Assembly (NCBI RefSeq): GCF_036365525.1
Contig: NC_090399.1
Location: 60,110,430-60,174,429 of the forward strand
Length of the DNA stretch: 64,000 bases
Direction: 5' to 3'
DNA from: Heterodontus francisci
Lineage: Eukaryota
Shown: positions 1 through 11,259 of the stretch, piece by piece
How positions within the stretch are numbered: position 1 is the first letter of the stretch
Layout: each line of letters begins with the position of its first letter
Translations under genes and position numbers: made by a program
The notes under the pieces: generated by a model
What the model was told of the DNA's origin: nothing
The model's database searches: none
What the model saw: the letters and a program-made list of their open reading frames with translations, nothing else

Positions 1-1292
1 GTGTATTTGGATTGTCAGAAGGCATTCGATAAGGTCCCACACAAGAGTAAGTAAGCAAAATTAGAGCACATGGGATTGGGGGTAATATACTGGCATGGAC
101 TGAGAATTGGTTAATGACCAGAAAACATGGAGTAGGAATAAATGGGCCATTTTCAGGTTGGCAGGCTGTGACTACTGGGGTATGGCAGGAATCAGTGCTT
201 GGATCCCAGCTATTCACAATCTATATCAATGATTTGGATATAGGGACCAAATGTAATATTTCCAATTATGCTGATGACACAAAACTAGGAGGCAATGTGA
301 GTTGTGAGGAGCATACAAAGAGGCTTCAAGGGGATTTAGATAGGCTAAGTGAATGGACAAGAACATGACAGGTGGAATATAATGTGGATCCAGAGTATTT
401 CTTAAATGGTGAGAGAATGGGAAGTGTTGATGTCCAAAGGGACCTGGGTCTCCTTGTTCATCAGTCACTAAAAAGTAACATGCAGGTGTTTAAAAAAAAA
501 ACGCCACAGTATACAAGGCGATGGGCCAAGTGCTGGAAAATGGGATTAGAATAGTTAGGTGCTTGATGACTAGTACGAACACGATGGGCCAAAGGGCCTA
601 TTTCTGTGCTGTAGAACTCTATGACTCTAGGTACAGCAAGCAATTAGGAAGGCAAATGGTATGTTGGCCTATATTGCAAGAGGATTTGAGTACAGGAGTG
701 AAGATGTCTTGCTGCAATTTTATAGAGCCTTGGTGAGACCGTACCTGGAGTGTCGAGTATAGTTTTGGTCTCCTTGCCTCCGGAAGGATATACTTGCCAT
801 AGAGGGAGTGCAACGAAGGTTCACCAAACTGATTCCTGGGATGGTGGGATTGTCCTATGAGGAGAGATTGAGGAGACTGGGCCTGTATGCTCCTGAGTTT
901 GGAAGAATGATCTCATTGAAGCATACAAAATTCTTCGAAGTCTCGACAAGGTTGATGCAGGATGGAGGTTTCCCCTGGCTGGGGAGTCTCGAACCAGCGG
1001 CCACAGTCTCAGATTAAGGATTAGGCCATTTAGGACTGAGATGAGGATGAATTTCTTCACTCAGAGGGTAGTAAATCTTAGGAATTCTCTAACCCAGCGG
1101 GCTGTGGAGGCTCAGTCATTGAGTGTGTTCAAGAGAGAGATTGATAGTTCTCTAGATATTGAAGATATCAATGAATATGGGGATAGTGCAGGAGGATGCC
1201 CTTAGGGTAGAAAATCAGCCATGATCTAGTTAAATGGTGGAGTAGGCTCAAGGGGCTGAATGGCCTACTCTTGCTCCAATTTCCTATGTTCT
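1..1292 (+). mobile_element. CR1-type LINE, 3' part (RT and 3' UTR), decayed; interrupted at ~486-628 by a short 3'-tail fragment of another CR1
   Basis: Frameshifted RT motifs (YLDCQKAFDKVPH, SVLGSQLFTIYINDL, YADDTKLGG, LVRPYLE, VQRRFTKLIPG); CR1 3' end ggctgaatggcctactc...cctatgttc; the insert ends in actctatgactcta. Confidence 0.9.
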
Positions 1293-1315
1293 CTAATCTG
1301 ATTGATTTAATTTAA

Positions 1316-2721
1316 TTAAATCAGCTCATACACCAAGAGGATGCTGAACGACTTGGCCTCTAAAGCTTTGATAAAGTGAATAGTTTGAGCAATGCTGAGA
1401 AAGAGAAAGTAAAGCTCAGCCACGTCATTAGCAACCTCCTCATCCCTGAAGCATTTCCATCGTATTTTGGGGCATTCTTGCTCACCTAAACTCTGAAATG
1501 ATCTTGTTCGAGTTTTCCAGCATTTCCACAATCTGTCAATAGCCAGCAGTAGAAAAAGCCACCTGATCACAACGTGCTTCAACAGATTGCACTCCTCCAT
1601 GCCAACAAAGTCACAAAACTCCCTTAAATGCTCTGTTCTGATTGCAGAAGTGTGGAAGTGACCGTATACCTTGAGAATGATGGTTTTTTGTATCAACAGC
1701 GAGGTTTCAGATGATGTACCTTGTTGTATTATGCAAAATATGAGCCAAACAGTTGGCTGCAACTATGTCCGTTTGAGAGCCTTTTACTTCTTGGTAAATA
1801 CTGTTGTGCTTTTCAGAATTAACACTTGTGTTGTCAGCCAAATACACGGAAAGTCTTCATGGGATGAGATCAAAGGCACTGAGTTTGGATCATTTTTCTG
1901 TTGCGATTGCTTCCCAGGTTTCCTGGCTATCAGTATAAAAATCCAACAGTAAATGCGGGATCCCCTTCTCAAAATTAAAATATCCCAAACCGAAGGGGAA
2001 ACATTTTGTTTCACCCTTGTTTGACGCATCAATTGTCAAAGAAAATAAAAAGATCATCTGCTTTAATGCAATCCAAGTACTTCTGCATGAAGCTTCTCGC
2101 TCAGTGTTTTTGCCTTTGTTTCCCCACATGTCAGGTCTCTTGGTATGAAGGAGATTTCTTTGTCACCTTGTACTGCAGTCGATATTTCTATAAGACTGGT
2201 GATTCTTCACCGCGTGGCAGACATTTGTAGTTCAGCAGCAGTTACTTTATTGTTTTGAGGTGATGCAGATGATTTGAAAAAAAGACCTCAATGATGATGT
2301 ACTTGCAAATTGGGTGCTCACTTTGTGTTTTTCCAACAAAATGTGTTGATCCACATCTCCCTTTCCTTGGTGGCTGACATTGGTATCACCTTGGTACAAA
2401 ATGCAGAGTGTTTGATCCTCTCCCTTCCTGATTTTTGTTTTGGCTATGAAATCACTTTCTTTTGACCATACTGCGTTGAACAATGTCTTTTGCTTGAGCA
2501 TTTTGATGAACAAGACAATGGCTCCACTTTCATCACAGTACAAGCAACAGATATAGCGTTCGGGCGTCTAAAAGACAGGCACATGGTTAGGTCCAATAGG
2601 ATCTTTGCGGGTACTCACAGGACCAATAGAATTCTGATTTTAAATGACACTGATATTAGCCAATGAAGACGAGAGGCTGGACATTTCCAAAGTAATGGAT
2701 GCAGACCAAATGGCCACCCTA
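1316..2721 (-). mobile_element. hAT-superfamily DNA transposon remnant (transposase pseudogene plus one TIR)
   Basis: Minus-strand ORF fragments: BED-like C..VSHQG..DV..H....KH (2247-2543), catalytic DASNKG..KCFP (1890-2129), LLKHV..RWL (1316-1762); terminus TAGGGTGGCCA (tggccacccta at 2711-2721). Confidence 0.7.
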
Positions 2722-2739
2722 CCACATTGTATTTCATCT

Positions 2740-3065
2740 GACATGTTCTTGCCTACTCTTGGTAATCAGTCCCCTAGGGCCCTAACCTGCCCTATCCCTC
2801 TGTGGAACTTTTTGTGTCTTGGGCCTAAATAGCTGAGACCCAAGTACTGATCCCTGTGGTACCCAACTCATTACAGCCTGCCATCCCGGAGATGACCCGT
2901 TTATTCCTACTCTCTGTTTTCTGTCCTTTAACTAATCCTCAAAGCCTTGAGTCCTAATTTAGTGGAAAAAAGCTCTTGGATGGCACCTCATTGAATGCTT
3001 TTTGAAAATTCAAATACACAACATCCATTGGTACTCCTTATTCATCTTATCAGTTACTTCTTCAA
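2740..3065 (-). mobile_element. CR1 LINE RT fragment
   Basis: Reverse complement of the DFQKAF and GVPQGSVLG regions (cccaagtactgatccctgtggtacc). Confidence 0.7.
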
Positions 3066-3367
3066 AAATCTCAAACATATTTTCCAAACACAATTTTTGT
3101 TTCAGACGTTCCAACCGTAATGGTCTCTCCACTATATAGTAAACAGAAGCCAGGAATTGGGTGGAGTGATGCACTTTGTTGTGGGGCTGAAAGACAGGAC
3201 CAGCTCTTTACCAACTCCCAATCATTCCCGGCTTTCCCCCACCTCCCCTTCACTCTGCTCCTGGATCTGTTTGGCTGTGTGTGTTTCACTGACAGTTGTG
3301 GAAGGCAGTCAGAACTGTTGGCTCTCTGTTATTTGGCTCTGATTGGCTGTGTGTGTTTGATTGACAG

Positions 3368-3640
3368 GGATCCACACAGTACAGGTGATGTATGGCTGTG
3401 AGCTGCGGGATGACGGGAGCACCAGCGGGTTCCATCAGGAAGGCTGGGACGGGCGGGATTACATCAGCTTTGATAAGGATAACATGGTGTGGGTAACACC
3501 GGTAAGCTGGGGACTGATTACCAAGAACAAGTGGGACCAGGACAAGGCCAGGAACCAGCAGAGGAAGGGTTACCTGGAGGGGACCTGCATCGAATGGCTG
3601 AAGAAGTACCTGAAACTTGGAGAAAAGGAACTGAGACACG
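3368..3640 (+). CDS. UAA: MHC class I heavy chain, alpha2 domain exon (classical UAA-like)
   Basis: gacag|GG ATC...CAC G|gtgagt; 273 bp, phase 1-1; GIHTVQVMYGCELRDDGSTSGFHQEGWDGRDYISFDKDNMVWVTPVSWGLITKNKWDQDKARNQQRKGYLEGTCIEWLKKYLKLGEKELRH; C101/C164 pair and Y123, T143, K146, W147, Y159, W167, Y171 equivalents present. The UAA symbol is a lineage-level call. Confidence 0.96.
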
Positions 3641-4066
3641 GTGAGTGAGTGGGTGGGGGTGGGGGGAGGGGGGAGAGTCAGTGAATGAGGTGGGACTGAG
3701 AGTCAGTGAGTGAGGGGGGTCTGAGAGTCAGTTAGTGAGGGGGGGGGACTGAGAGTCAGCGAGTGAGGGGGGACTGAAAGTCAGCGAGTAAGGTGGGACT
3801 GAGACTCAGCGAGTGAGGGGGGGACTGAGACTCTGAGTGAGGGGGGACTGAGACTCTGAGTGAGGGGGGACTGAGACTCTGAGTGAGGGGGTCTGAGACT
3901 CTGAGTGAGGGGGGACTGAGAGTTGGTGAGTGAGGGGGGACTGAGAGTCGGTGAGCGAGGGAGGAGGGACTGAGAGTCGGTGATTGAGGGGGAAGGGACT
4001 GAGTGTTGGTGAGTAAAGGGGGGACTGAGAGTCGGTGAGTCAGAAGAGGTGACTGAGAGTCGGTGG
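3641..4066 (+). repeat. G-rich intronic minisatellite, ~20-25 bp unit (gagtgagggggggactgagagtc)
   Basis: Imperfect tandem copies starting at the alpha2 splice donor. Confidence 0.9.
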
Positions 4067-4200
4067 TCTAAACCCCAGTTTAAAGGGGTACGTACTGTTA
4101 CCTGGAGTCAGGGTGTCTAAACCCCAGTTTAAAGGGGTATGTACCTTTCCCTGGGGTCAGGGGTCTAATCCCCAATTTAAAGGGATATTTGCCATTCCCT
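4066..4200 (+). repeat. ~50-bp tandem repeat, about 3 copies (gtctaaaccccagtttaaagggg...)
   Basis: Copies start near 4066, 4115 and 4164. Confidence 0.8.
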
Positions 4201-4241
4201 GTCTCTCACACTGACCTGCCTCTGATCTGTTTTACTCTCAG

Positions 4242-4517
4242 TTGCTCCTCAAGTGTTTCTTTCCGCGGACAAGGCATCAGCTGCTAAACCGACACAACTC
4301 TGCTGCCTCGTCACAGGATTTTACCCTCGCGATATCGAAGTCACCCTCTTGAGAAATGGCGCACCGATTGCAGACACATGTTCCACTGGCATCCTACCCA
4401 ACCACGATGGCACCTACCAGCTCAGGAGATGGGTTCAGATCGCACCTGAGAATGGTGCCAACTATTCCTGTCAGTATGAGCAAAGCGAAAAAGAAGGAAT
4501 GGAGATCCTAGACTGGG
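4242..4517 (+). CDS. UAA: MHC class I heavy chain, alpha3 (Ig C1) exon
   Basis: tttactctcag|TT GCT...TGG G|gtaaga; 276 bp, phase 1-1; VAPQVFLSADKASAAKPTQLCCLVTGFYPRDIEVTLLRNG...GILPNHDGTYQL...YSCQYEQ..LDW; C1-set motifs CxxxGFYP, PNxDGTYQ and YSC. Confidence 0.96.
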
Positions 4518-4539
4518 GTAAGAGGAACAGTGACTGTTT

Positions 4540-5115
4540 AGAATCACCTCTCCTCATTCTGCCTTCCAAAATCAATCACCTAACACTTCTCTGCATTAAA
4601 CTGCATTTGTCACATGTCTGCCCATTTCACCAGTCTGTCTATGTCCTCCTGAAATCTGTTCTAATCCTCTTCATTGGTTACTGCATTTCTGAGTTTTGTG
4701 TCATTGCACACCTTGAATTTATGCCCTTATACCCAAGTCCAGATCATTAATATATATCAAAAAGAGATGTGATCCTCATACCAATCCTTCACTTTCTACT
4801 TCCTTCCAGTCTGAAAAATAATCATTCACCATTCCTCTCTGATTTCTGTCCCTGATCCAATTCCATATCCACTCTGACACTGTCCCTCTTATCCCATTGG
4901 CTTCAATTTTACTAGTAAGTCTATTTTGTGGCACTTTATCAAATGCCTTCTGAAAGCCCATATACACAACATACAGCACACTACCCTCATCAACACTGTC
5001 CGTCTATTCATCAGAGAACTTGATCAAGTTTGACAAGTTTGCCTTTGACAATTCTGTGCTCGCTTTCAATTTATTAACCCATGTTTTTCCACCTGACATT
5101 AAGTTTGTCCCAGAT
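4540..5115 (-). mobile_element. CR1 LINE RT fragment
   Basis: ORF 4776-4979 VVYMGFQKAFDKVPQNRLTSKIEANGIRG. Confidence 0.85.
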
Positions 5116-5129
5116 TGTTACAACATTAA

Positions 5130-5920
5130 CAAGAGAGGATCGAGGTAAGTGAAAGCAATCAATGGAGACTGTGATAAGAATTGTAATGGGAGTTGGCTAC
5201 AGGCATCCTGATAATACATTCTTCCACTGCATAGCTGTTAATTCAGAGATCAAAGAGACTTGTAGTAAATGAAGAGATGTTTTAATGGGAGACTTTAATT
5301 CCCATATAGATTGGGAAGAACAGAGTAGCTCAAGTCAGAAAGCTTGTGAATTTCTTGACTGCATTCAACATAGTTTTCTGGAACCAACAAACAGGCAGGC
5401 CACACTAGATCTAGTAGTGAGCCAGACATAGTTAATCTAACGGTAAGGGAACATTTACTTAACTGCGAGCCTGACATGTTTGAAAAGGAAAAACATAATA
5501 CTGTTATGAAGATCCTCGAATTTGGTAAGGCTAACTTTTAATAGGATGAGACAGAGACTGATGACCGCAAACTGAACAAAACTGTTATTGGGTAAAACTA
5601 CAGATGAACAGTGGGAGGTGTTCAGAAAAGAATTTAGCTTAATACAGAAACGAGAAGCGCCAAGAGGTCTACTCGAGAAGAAGTGAAAGGTAACCTAAAA
5701 CTAAAGGATAAAGCAAAGCATAGTATAGATCGAGTGGACTGGGAGAGAGCGAAAGAACATACAGTAAGAGCAGAAATATCAACAGACATTTCTGAGGGTA
5801 TCAAGATTAACACAAAGCTTTTACAATTATGTCAGAAGAAAAAGGCCCATGTGGCCCTTTAAAAATCATTGCGGTCATATTGCAAATGTGAATAAGGAAA
5901 GGGTAGGACTTTTAGAATAA
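5130..5920 (+). mobile_element. Old CR1 LINE endonuclease region (probably the 5' part of the element resuming at ~9690)
   Basis: Degenerate GVGYR and MGDFN (atgggagactttaat) and LDLV endonuclease motifs. Confidence 0.6.
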
Positions 5921-5924
5921 TACA

Positions 5925-6150
5925 ATAAAAACAGACAATGTTGGAAATACTCAGCAGGTCAGGTAGCATCTGTACAGAGAGCAATAGTGTTAACCTTTCA
6001 GATCAGTGACCTCCATTCTGACAAAGTGGTATTGACCTGAAACATTAACTCTGTTGCTCACATCATAGATGCTGCCTGACCTGCTGAGTATTTCTAGAAT
6101 GTTATGTTTTTATTTCAGATTTCCAGCATCTGCAGTGTTTTATTTTGTTG
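5925..6150. mobile_element. Palindromic short repeat (inverted pair of Penelope-like/hammerhead-bearing units)
   Basis: Left arm ggaaatactcagcaggtcaggtagcatctgt...gttaacctttcag is the reverse complement of right arm ctgaaacattaac...agatgctgcctgacctgctgagtatttc. Confidence 0.75.
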
Positions 6151-6164
6151 GAACTTCGTGTCAT

Positions 6165-7000
6165 TGAATCATAGAACCCTACAGCACAGTAGGAGGCCAT
6201 TTGGCCCATAGAGCCTATGCTGGCTCTTGGGATGAGTAGTCATTCTTAGTCCCATGTGTCTGCTTTTTGTCCCTAAATGTGTCAGCTCATCATCCTCAAA
6301 TATCTGTACAACACCCTGTTTAAAATTGTTTCTGGAATCAGCTTCCACTTCTTTTCAGGTAGAACATTCCAGATCCCGACAGCTGAGTAAAAAAAAATCC
6401 TCATTTCCCCTCTCTATCTTTTACCAATGATTTTAAATCTATAACCTCTGGTTATTGACCCACTCACCGGAGGGAATAACTTTCCTCTCTCTACCTTAGC
6501 AAAACTGCTCATCATCTTGAAAAAAATCTATTAGGTCACCTCTTAACCTTCTCTATTCCAAGGGGAACGGTCCTAACTTTTCCAACCTCTCCTCATAACT
6601 ATAGTCTGTTATCTCTGTTAACATCCTGATAAACCTCCTCTGTGCCCTTTCTAAGGCCTTTACATCTTTTCGGAAGTGTGGTGGCCGGAATTGTCCACAA
6701 TACTCCAACCGAGGCCTAACCAGTGATTTATAAAGTTCTAGCATGATCACTTTACTTTTATATTCTGTACCTCGATTTATAAATCCATGTAACCCATATA
6801 CTTTTACAACCACCTTATCAACTTGCTGTGCCATCTTTAAGGATTTGTGCATATGGAAACCAAGGTCTCTTTATTCATCTACACTTTTCAAAATATCATC
6901 TACATTCTTTCAACATTAGTCCTTCCAACGTGCATCAGTTCACACTTCCCTACATTGAACTTCACCTGCCACGTCTTTGTCCATTTCACCATCCTGTCAC
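6165..7000 (-). mobile_element. CR1 LINE 3' fragment
   Basis: ORF 6553-6852 LYKSLVRPRLEYC...YEERLEKLG; CR1 tail near 6170-6215. Confidence 0.9.
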
Positions 7001-7011
7001 CCTGAAGCCTA

Positions 7012-8500
7012 GAATGATTGAATCACAGAATCGTTACCGTGCAGGAGAAGGCCATTCAGTCCATCTTGTCTACACTGGCTCTCTGAAAGAGCAATTTCCT
7101 CAGTTCCATTCAGCTGCCTTCTCCCTGTAACCCTGCACATTCTTCCTTTTCATATAACTGTCTAATTCCCTTTTGAATGCTTCAATTGAACCTGCCTCCA
7201 CCACGTTCTCAGGCAGTGCATTCTAAACCATAACCACTCACTGCATGAAACAGCTTTTCCTCATGTCACTTTAGCTTAACTTTACCAAATACTTGAAATC
7301 TGTGCCCTCTCATTCTCGATCCTTTCACGAGTGGGAACAGTTTCTCTCTCTCTACTCTGTTCAGACCCCTCATGATTTTGAATACCTCTATCAAATCACC
7401 TCTCAGCGTTCTCTTCTCCAAGGAAAACAGTCTTAACTTCTCCAATCTATCTTCATAACTGAAGTTCTTCATCCCTGGAACCATTCTCGTGAATCCTTTC
7501 TGTAATCTCTCCAATGCCTTCACATCTTTCCTAAAGTGCAGCCACCAGAACTGGATGCAATGCTCCAGCTGAGGCCAAACTAGTGTCTTATATAAATTCA
7601 ACATAACTTCCTTGCTCTTGTACTCTATCCCCCTACTAATAAAGCACAGGATACTGTATGCTTTATTAACCTCTCTTTCAACCTGTCCTGCCACCTTCAA
7701 TGACTTTTGCACATATACACATAGGTCCCTCTGCTCCTGCCCCCCCTTCTGAATTGTACCCTTTATTCTATATTGTCTCTCCATGTTCATCCTATCCTCA
7801 TTACTCCATACTACTTTGCCAAAAGTTTTATCATTTGCAAACTTTATAATGCTGTTCCCTACACCTAAGCCTAAGCCATTTATAAATGTTGCCAAGAGTA
7901 ATGGACCCAAAACTGACCCTTGGGAAACAACACTGCCCCCCACTTCCCAATCTGAAAAACATCTACCAACATCCTTTGCTTCCAGTCACTGAGCCAGTTT
8001 CATATCCCCTTGGTTCCATGGGCTGACATCTCCTTAATAAGCCTCCTGTGCAGCATTTTGCTGAACGCCTTCCAAAAGTCCATATGTGCAACATCTATTG
8101 AACTATTTGTCAGTTCCAAAGAAGGGTCACTGACCCGAAACATTAACTCTGCTTCTCTTTTCACAGATGCTGTCAGACCTACTGAGTGGTTCCAGCATTT
8201 CTTGTTTTTATATCTATTGAAATATGTTGATCAATCTTCTTCGTTACCTCATCAAAGAATTCAATCAAGTTGGTCAGACACAATTTGCCTTTAACAAACC
8301 CATGCTGGCTCTTCTTAATTAACCCATGCCTTTCCAATTGAAAGTTAATTTTGTCCTTGATACTGGATTTGAATAACTTCCCCACTACCAATTATCAGCT
8401 GACTGGCCTGTGATTTCCTGGTTTATCCCTCTCCCCTTTCTTTAATAGTGGTATAACATTAGCAACCCTCCAGTTCTCCAATAGCGCTCCTATATCCAAT
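7012..8500 (-). mobile_element. CR1 LINE fragments (at least two abutting or nested copies)
   Basis: ORFs 7266-7943 (SQGSVLGPLL, LYKTLVWPQLE), 8179-8391 (SQHGFVKGKLCLTNL), 8395-8583 (WRVANVIPL..KPGNHRPVS). Confidence 0.9.
8103..8211 (+). mobile_element. Short hammerhead-like/Penelope-type retroposed unit with 10-bp TSD
   Basis: Flanked by atctattgaa at 8093-8102 and 8212-8221; same body as the 5925, 34310 and 39605 copies. Confidence 0.75.
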
Positions 8501-8504
8501 GAAG

Positions 8505-9425
8505 ATTGAAAGATTACATAGGATAAATAGTAGAGAAACTGGCCATTCGGCCCAACCAGTCCATGTTGGTGTTTATGCACCACTCAAGCCTCCTCCCATC
8601 TTTCCTCATTTAAAGGGCGGCACAGTGGCGCAGTGGTTAGCACCGCAGCCTCACAGCTCCAGCGGCCCGGGTTCAATTCTGGGTACTGCCTCTGTGGAGT
8701 TTGCAAGTTCTCCCTGTGTCTGCGTGGGTTTCCTCCGGGTGCTCCGGTTTCCTCCCACATGCCAAAGACTTGCAGGTTGACAGGTGAATTGGCCATTAGC
8801 AATTGCTCCTAGTATAGGGAGGGAAATATAGGGACAGGTGGGGATGTGGTAGGAAAATGGAATTAGTGTTGGATTAGTATAAATGAGTGGTTGATGGTCA
8901 GCACAGACTCGGTGGGCCGAAGGGCCTGTTTCAGTGCTGTATCTCTAAACTAAAAAAAATCTATCATCGTAACTCTGTATTCCCTTCTCCCTCATATGCT
9001 TGTCTAGTTTCTCCTTAAATAGATCGATACTATTTGCTTCAATCACTCCCTGTGATAGCGAATTCTGTGTTCACATGGTAGCTATCTGTTATTGATCTCC
9101 TCCTGTTATGGTCTTCCCAACAAGTGGAAAATTTCTCTCTCTATCCACTCTGTGAAATCCTGTCAAATTTTAAAGACCTCTTTTCAGTCACAATTCATCC
9201 TTGTTTTTAAAGAGAAAAGAGACCCAGCTGTTCATCCTTTCCTGATATGTATACCCATGTATTTCCTGTATTGTCCTTGTAAATCTTCTTTCACTCTCTT
9301 GAGTGCTTCTATCTCTTTTTTTATAATATGGCAACTGGGACGTCGCGCGGTTTGATACAGGTTTAACATAATTTCAGTACTTTTCAATTCTATTCCTCTA
9401 GAAAGAAAGCCTTGCTAACCTGTAG
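8505..9425 (-). mobile_element. CR1 LINE 3' fragment hosting the SINE at 8615
   Basis: Reverse-complement CR1 tail (ggccattcggccc) and decayed ORF2 C-terminal sequence on both sides of the SINE. Confidence 0.65.
8615..8959 (+). mobile_element. tRNA-derived V-SINE (HE1-like elasmobranch SINE), full length
   Basis: Box A tggcgcagtgg (8626), box B ggttcaattc (8670), V-domain gtggagtttgca..ttctccc..gtctgcgtgggtttcctccgggtgctccggtttcctcccaca, CR1-like tail gggccgaagggcctgtttc..tgctgta, A-rich end. Confidence 0.9.
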
Positions 9426-9689
9426 TGATTGGTGTATTTGTACATTCCTGTACTTTTCATAATCTTCCTGGTTATTAACTGAATCTTGCTAGTGACATCT
9501 GTCATAGCCTCCTTTTTTCTCTGCTTTAGTTTAACTTTTACTTCCTTTGTCATCCAGGGCACATTAGCTTTGGATGCTCTGCCCTTTCCCCTTCAAAGGA
9601 ACATATCTAGTTTATATGTTTCTGTCTGAACTATCTCTTCCCGAATGTTCTCCATTGTTCTGTTACTGCTTTACTTTTTCCAGGCTTCA

Positions 9690-11165
9690 ATCTTCATAGG
9701 AATGGGAAAGGATAATATACCTGACATTCCAGGGAAACAAATAATGAACCAATGACAATGTAAGCTGGAAAATAGTATTTAGAAAAATGACTGTAGAGAC
9801 TGAGAAATGCCCAGGACCTGTTGGTTTCACCCCTGGGTTTTAAAGAAAGTAGGTGAGGAAATTGTAGATAATTTCGCCATAATCTTCCAAAGCTCCCTCG
9901 ATGCAGGAATTATTCCTATCGATTGGAAAATTGTATACATAACTTCATTATTAAAGAAAGGTGAGAGAGAAACCAAGAAATTATAAATCTGTTAGTCTAA
10001 CATCTGTTGTGGGGAAGGTTATGGAATCTATCATTAAGACAGAGTGACTGAGTACTTAGAGAAATTTGAGCTGATTGAAGAGAGCCAATGTGGATTTGTA
10101 AGGGGGAGGTCATGTCTAATGAAACAAATTGAATTTTTTTGAGGAAGTAACTAAAGTAGTGGATAGGGGAATGTCTATGGATATAGTTTATGTGGACTTG
10201 CTGAAGACTTTCGATAAGGTTCCACATAAGAGATTTCTTAAAGCTCTTGGAATTGAAAGCATATTATTGAGCTGATTAGGAAATTGATTTGGCAGTAGAC
10301 AGACTGTAGGGATAATGGGTATGTATGAATTGGAAGGAAATGACCAGTGTTATCTCACGGGGATCTGTGCTGGGGCCTCAACCATTCAGTATTTAAAGTC
10401 TTAAAAAGCACAATAGAGCGACACATATCCAAGTTTACTGATGACACCAGGTTCAGTGGCATAGCAAGCAGAGTAGACAGGAGCATAAAATTACAAGAGA
10501 CATTGATTGTTTGGGTGGGCAAAATTGTGGCAGATGTATTTCCGTGCAGGCAAACGTGAAGTCATCCATTTTGGATGAAATAAGGGTAGATCAGCGTATT
10601 TTCTAAATGGTGGAAAGCCTTGTCTCGGACCAGACCTGGAGAACTGTGTACAGTTCTGGGCACCTCATCTTTAGAAAGGTATAAATATACTGGCCTTGGA
10701 AGGAGTGCAGCACAGATTCAACAGAATGTTACTTGGCTACAAAGGTTTAATTATGAGGAGAGATTACACAGACTAGGCTTGTGTTCCCTGGGATAGAGAA
10801 GGTTAAAGGACGATTGAGGTTTTCAGGATTTTGGAAGGAATTGAGGGTAAGGTAGATGGAAAGAAACTTTTCTGCTGGTGGTGGAGTCTCGGACAAAGGG
10901 GATATAACATTGAAATCAGACCCAGACCATTCAGGAGAGAAGTTAGGAAGTGTTTCTTCAAACAGATGGTGGGAGAAGTGTGTAACTCTGTTCCATAAAA
11001 AGCAGTAAATGCTAGCTCAATTAAATTCAGATCTGAGGTCAATAGATTTTTTTGCTAGCTAATCTATTGAGGTATATGGAGTTAGGACACAGATCACCCT
11101 CAATATCACTGAATGGCAGAACAGGCTCTAAGGATTGAATGGTCTACTCCTATTCCTGTTGTCTC
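9690..11165 (+). mobile_element. Decayed CR1 LINE RT and 3' end
   Basis: PGP(V)GFHP, ESQCGF, DKVPH, KFTDDT motifs with stops and frameshifts; tail gaatggtctactcct. Confidence 0.85.
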
Positions 11166-11205
11166 AACATTCTCGCACCACTGAAGTCAGGCTAACAGTA
11201 GTTGC

Positions 11206-11259
<54 letters not shown>

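Noticed and set aside
1-3367. Leader or alpha1 exon of the class I gene
   Set aside because: No alpha1-like peptide found; the region is CR1 and hAT sequence, so these exons are presumably upstream
3361-4750. ORF-track starts and ends for the class I ORFs (3361-3648, 4253-4750; also 12284-12559)
   Set aside because: They run into introns; splice sites define the real exons
8615-8690. tRNA gene
   Set aside because: Box A/B belong to a SINE head that continues into a V-domain and LINE-like tail; no full cloverleaf
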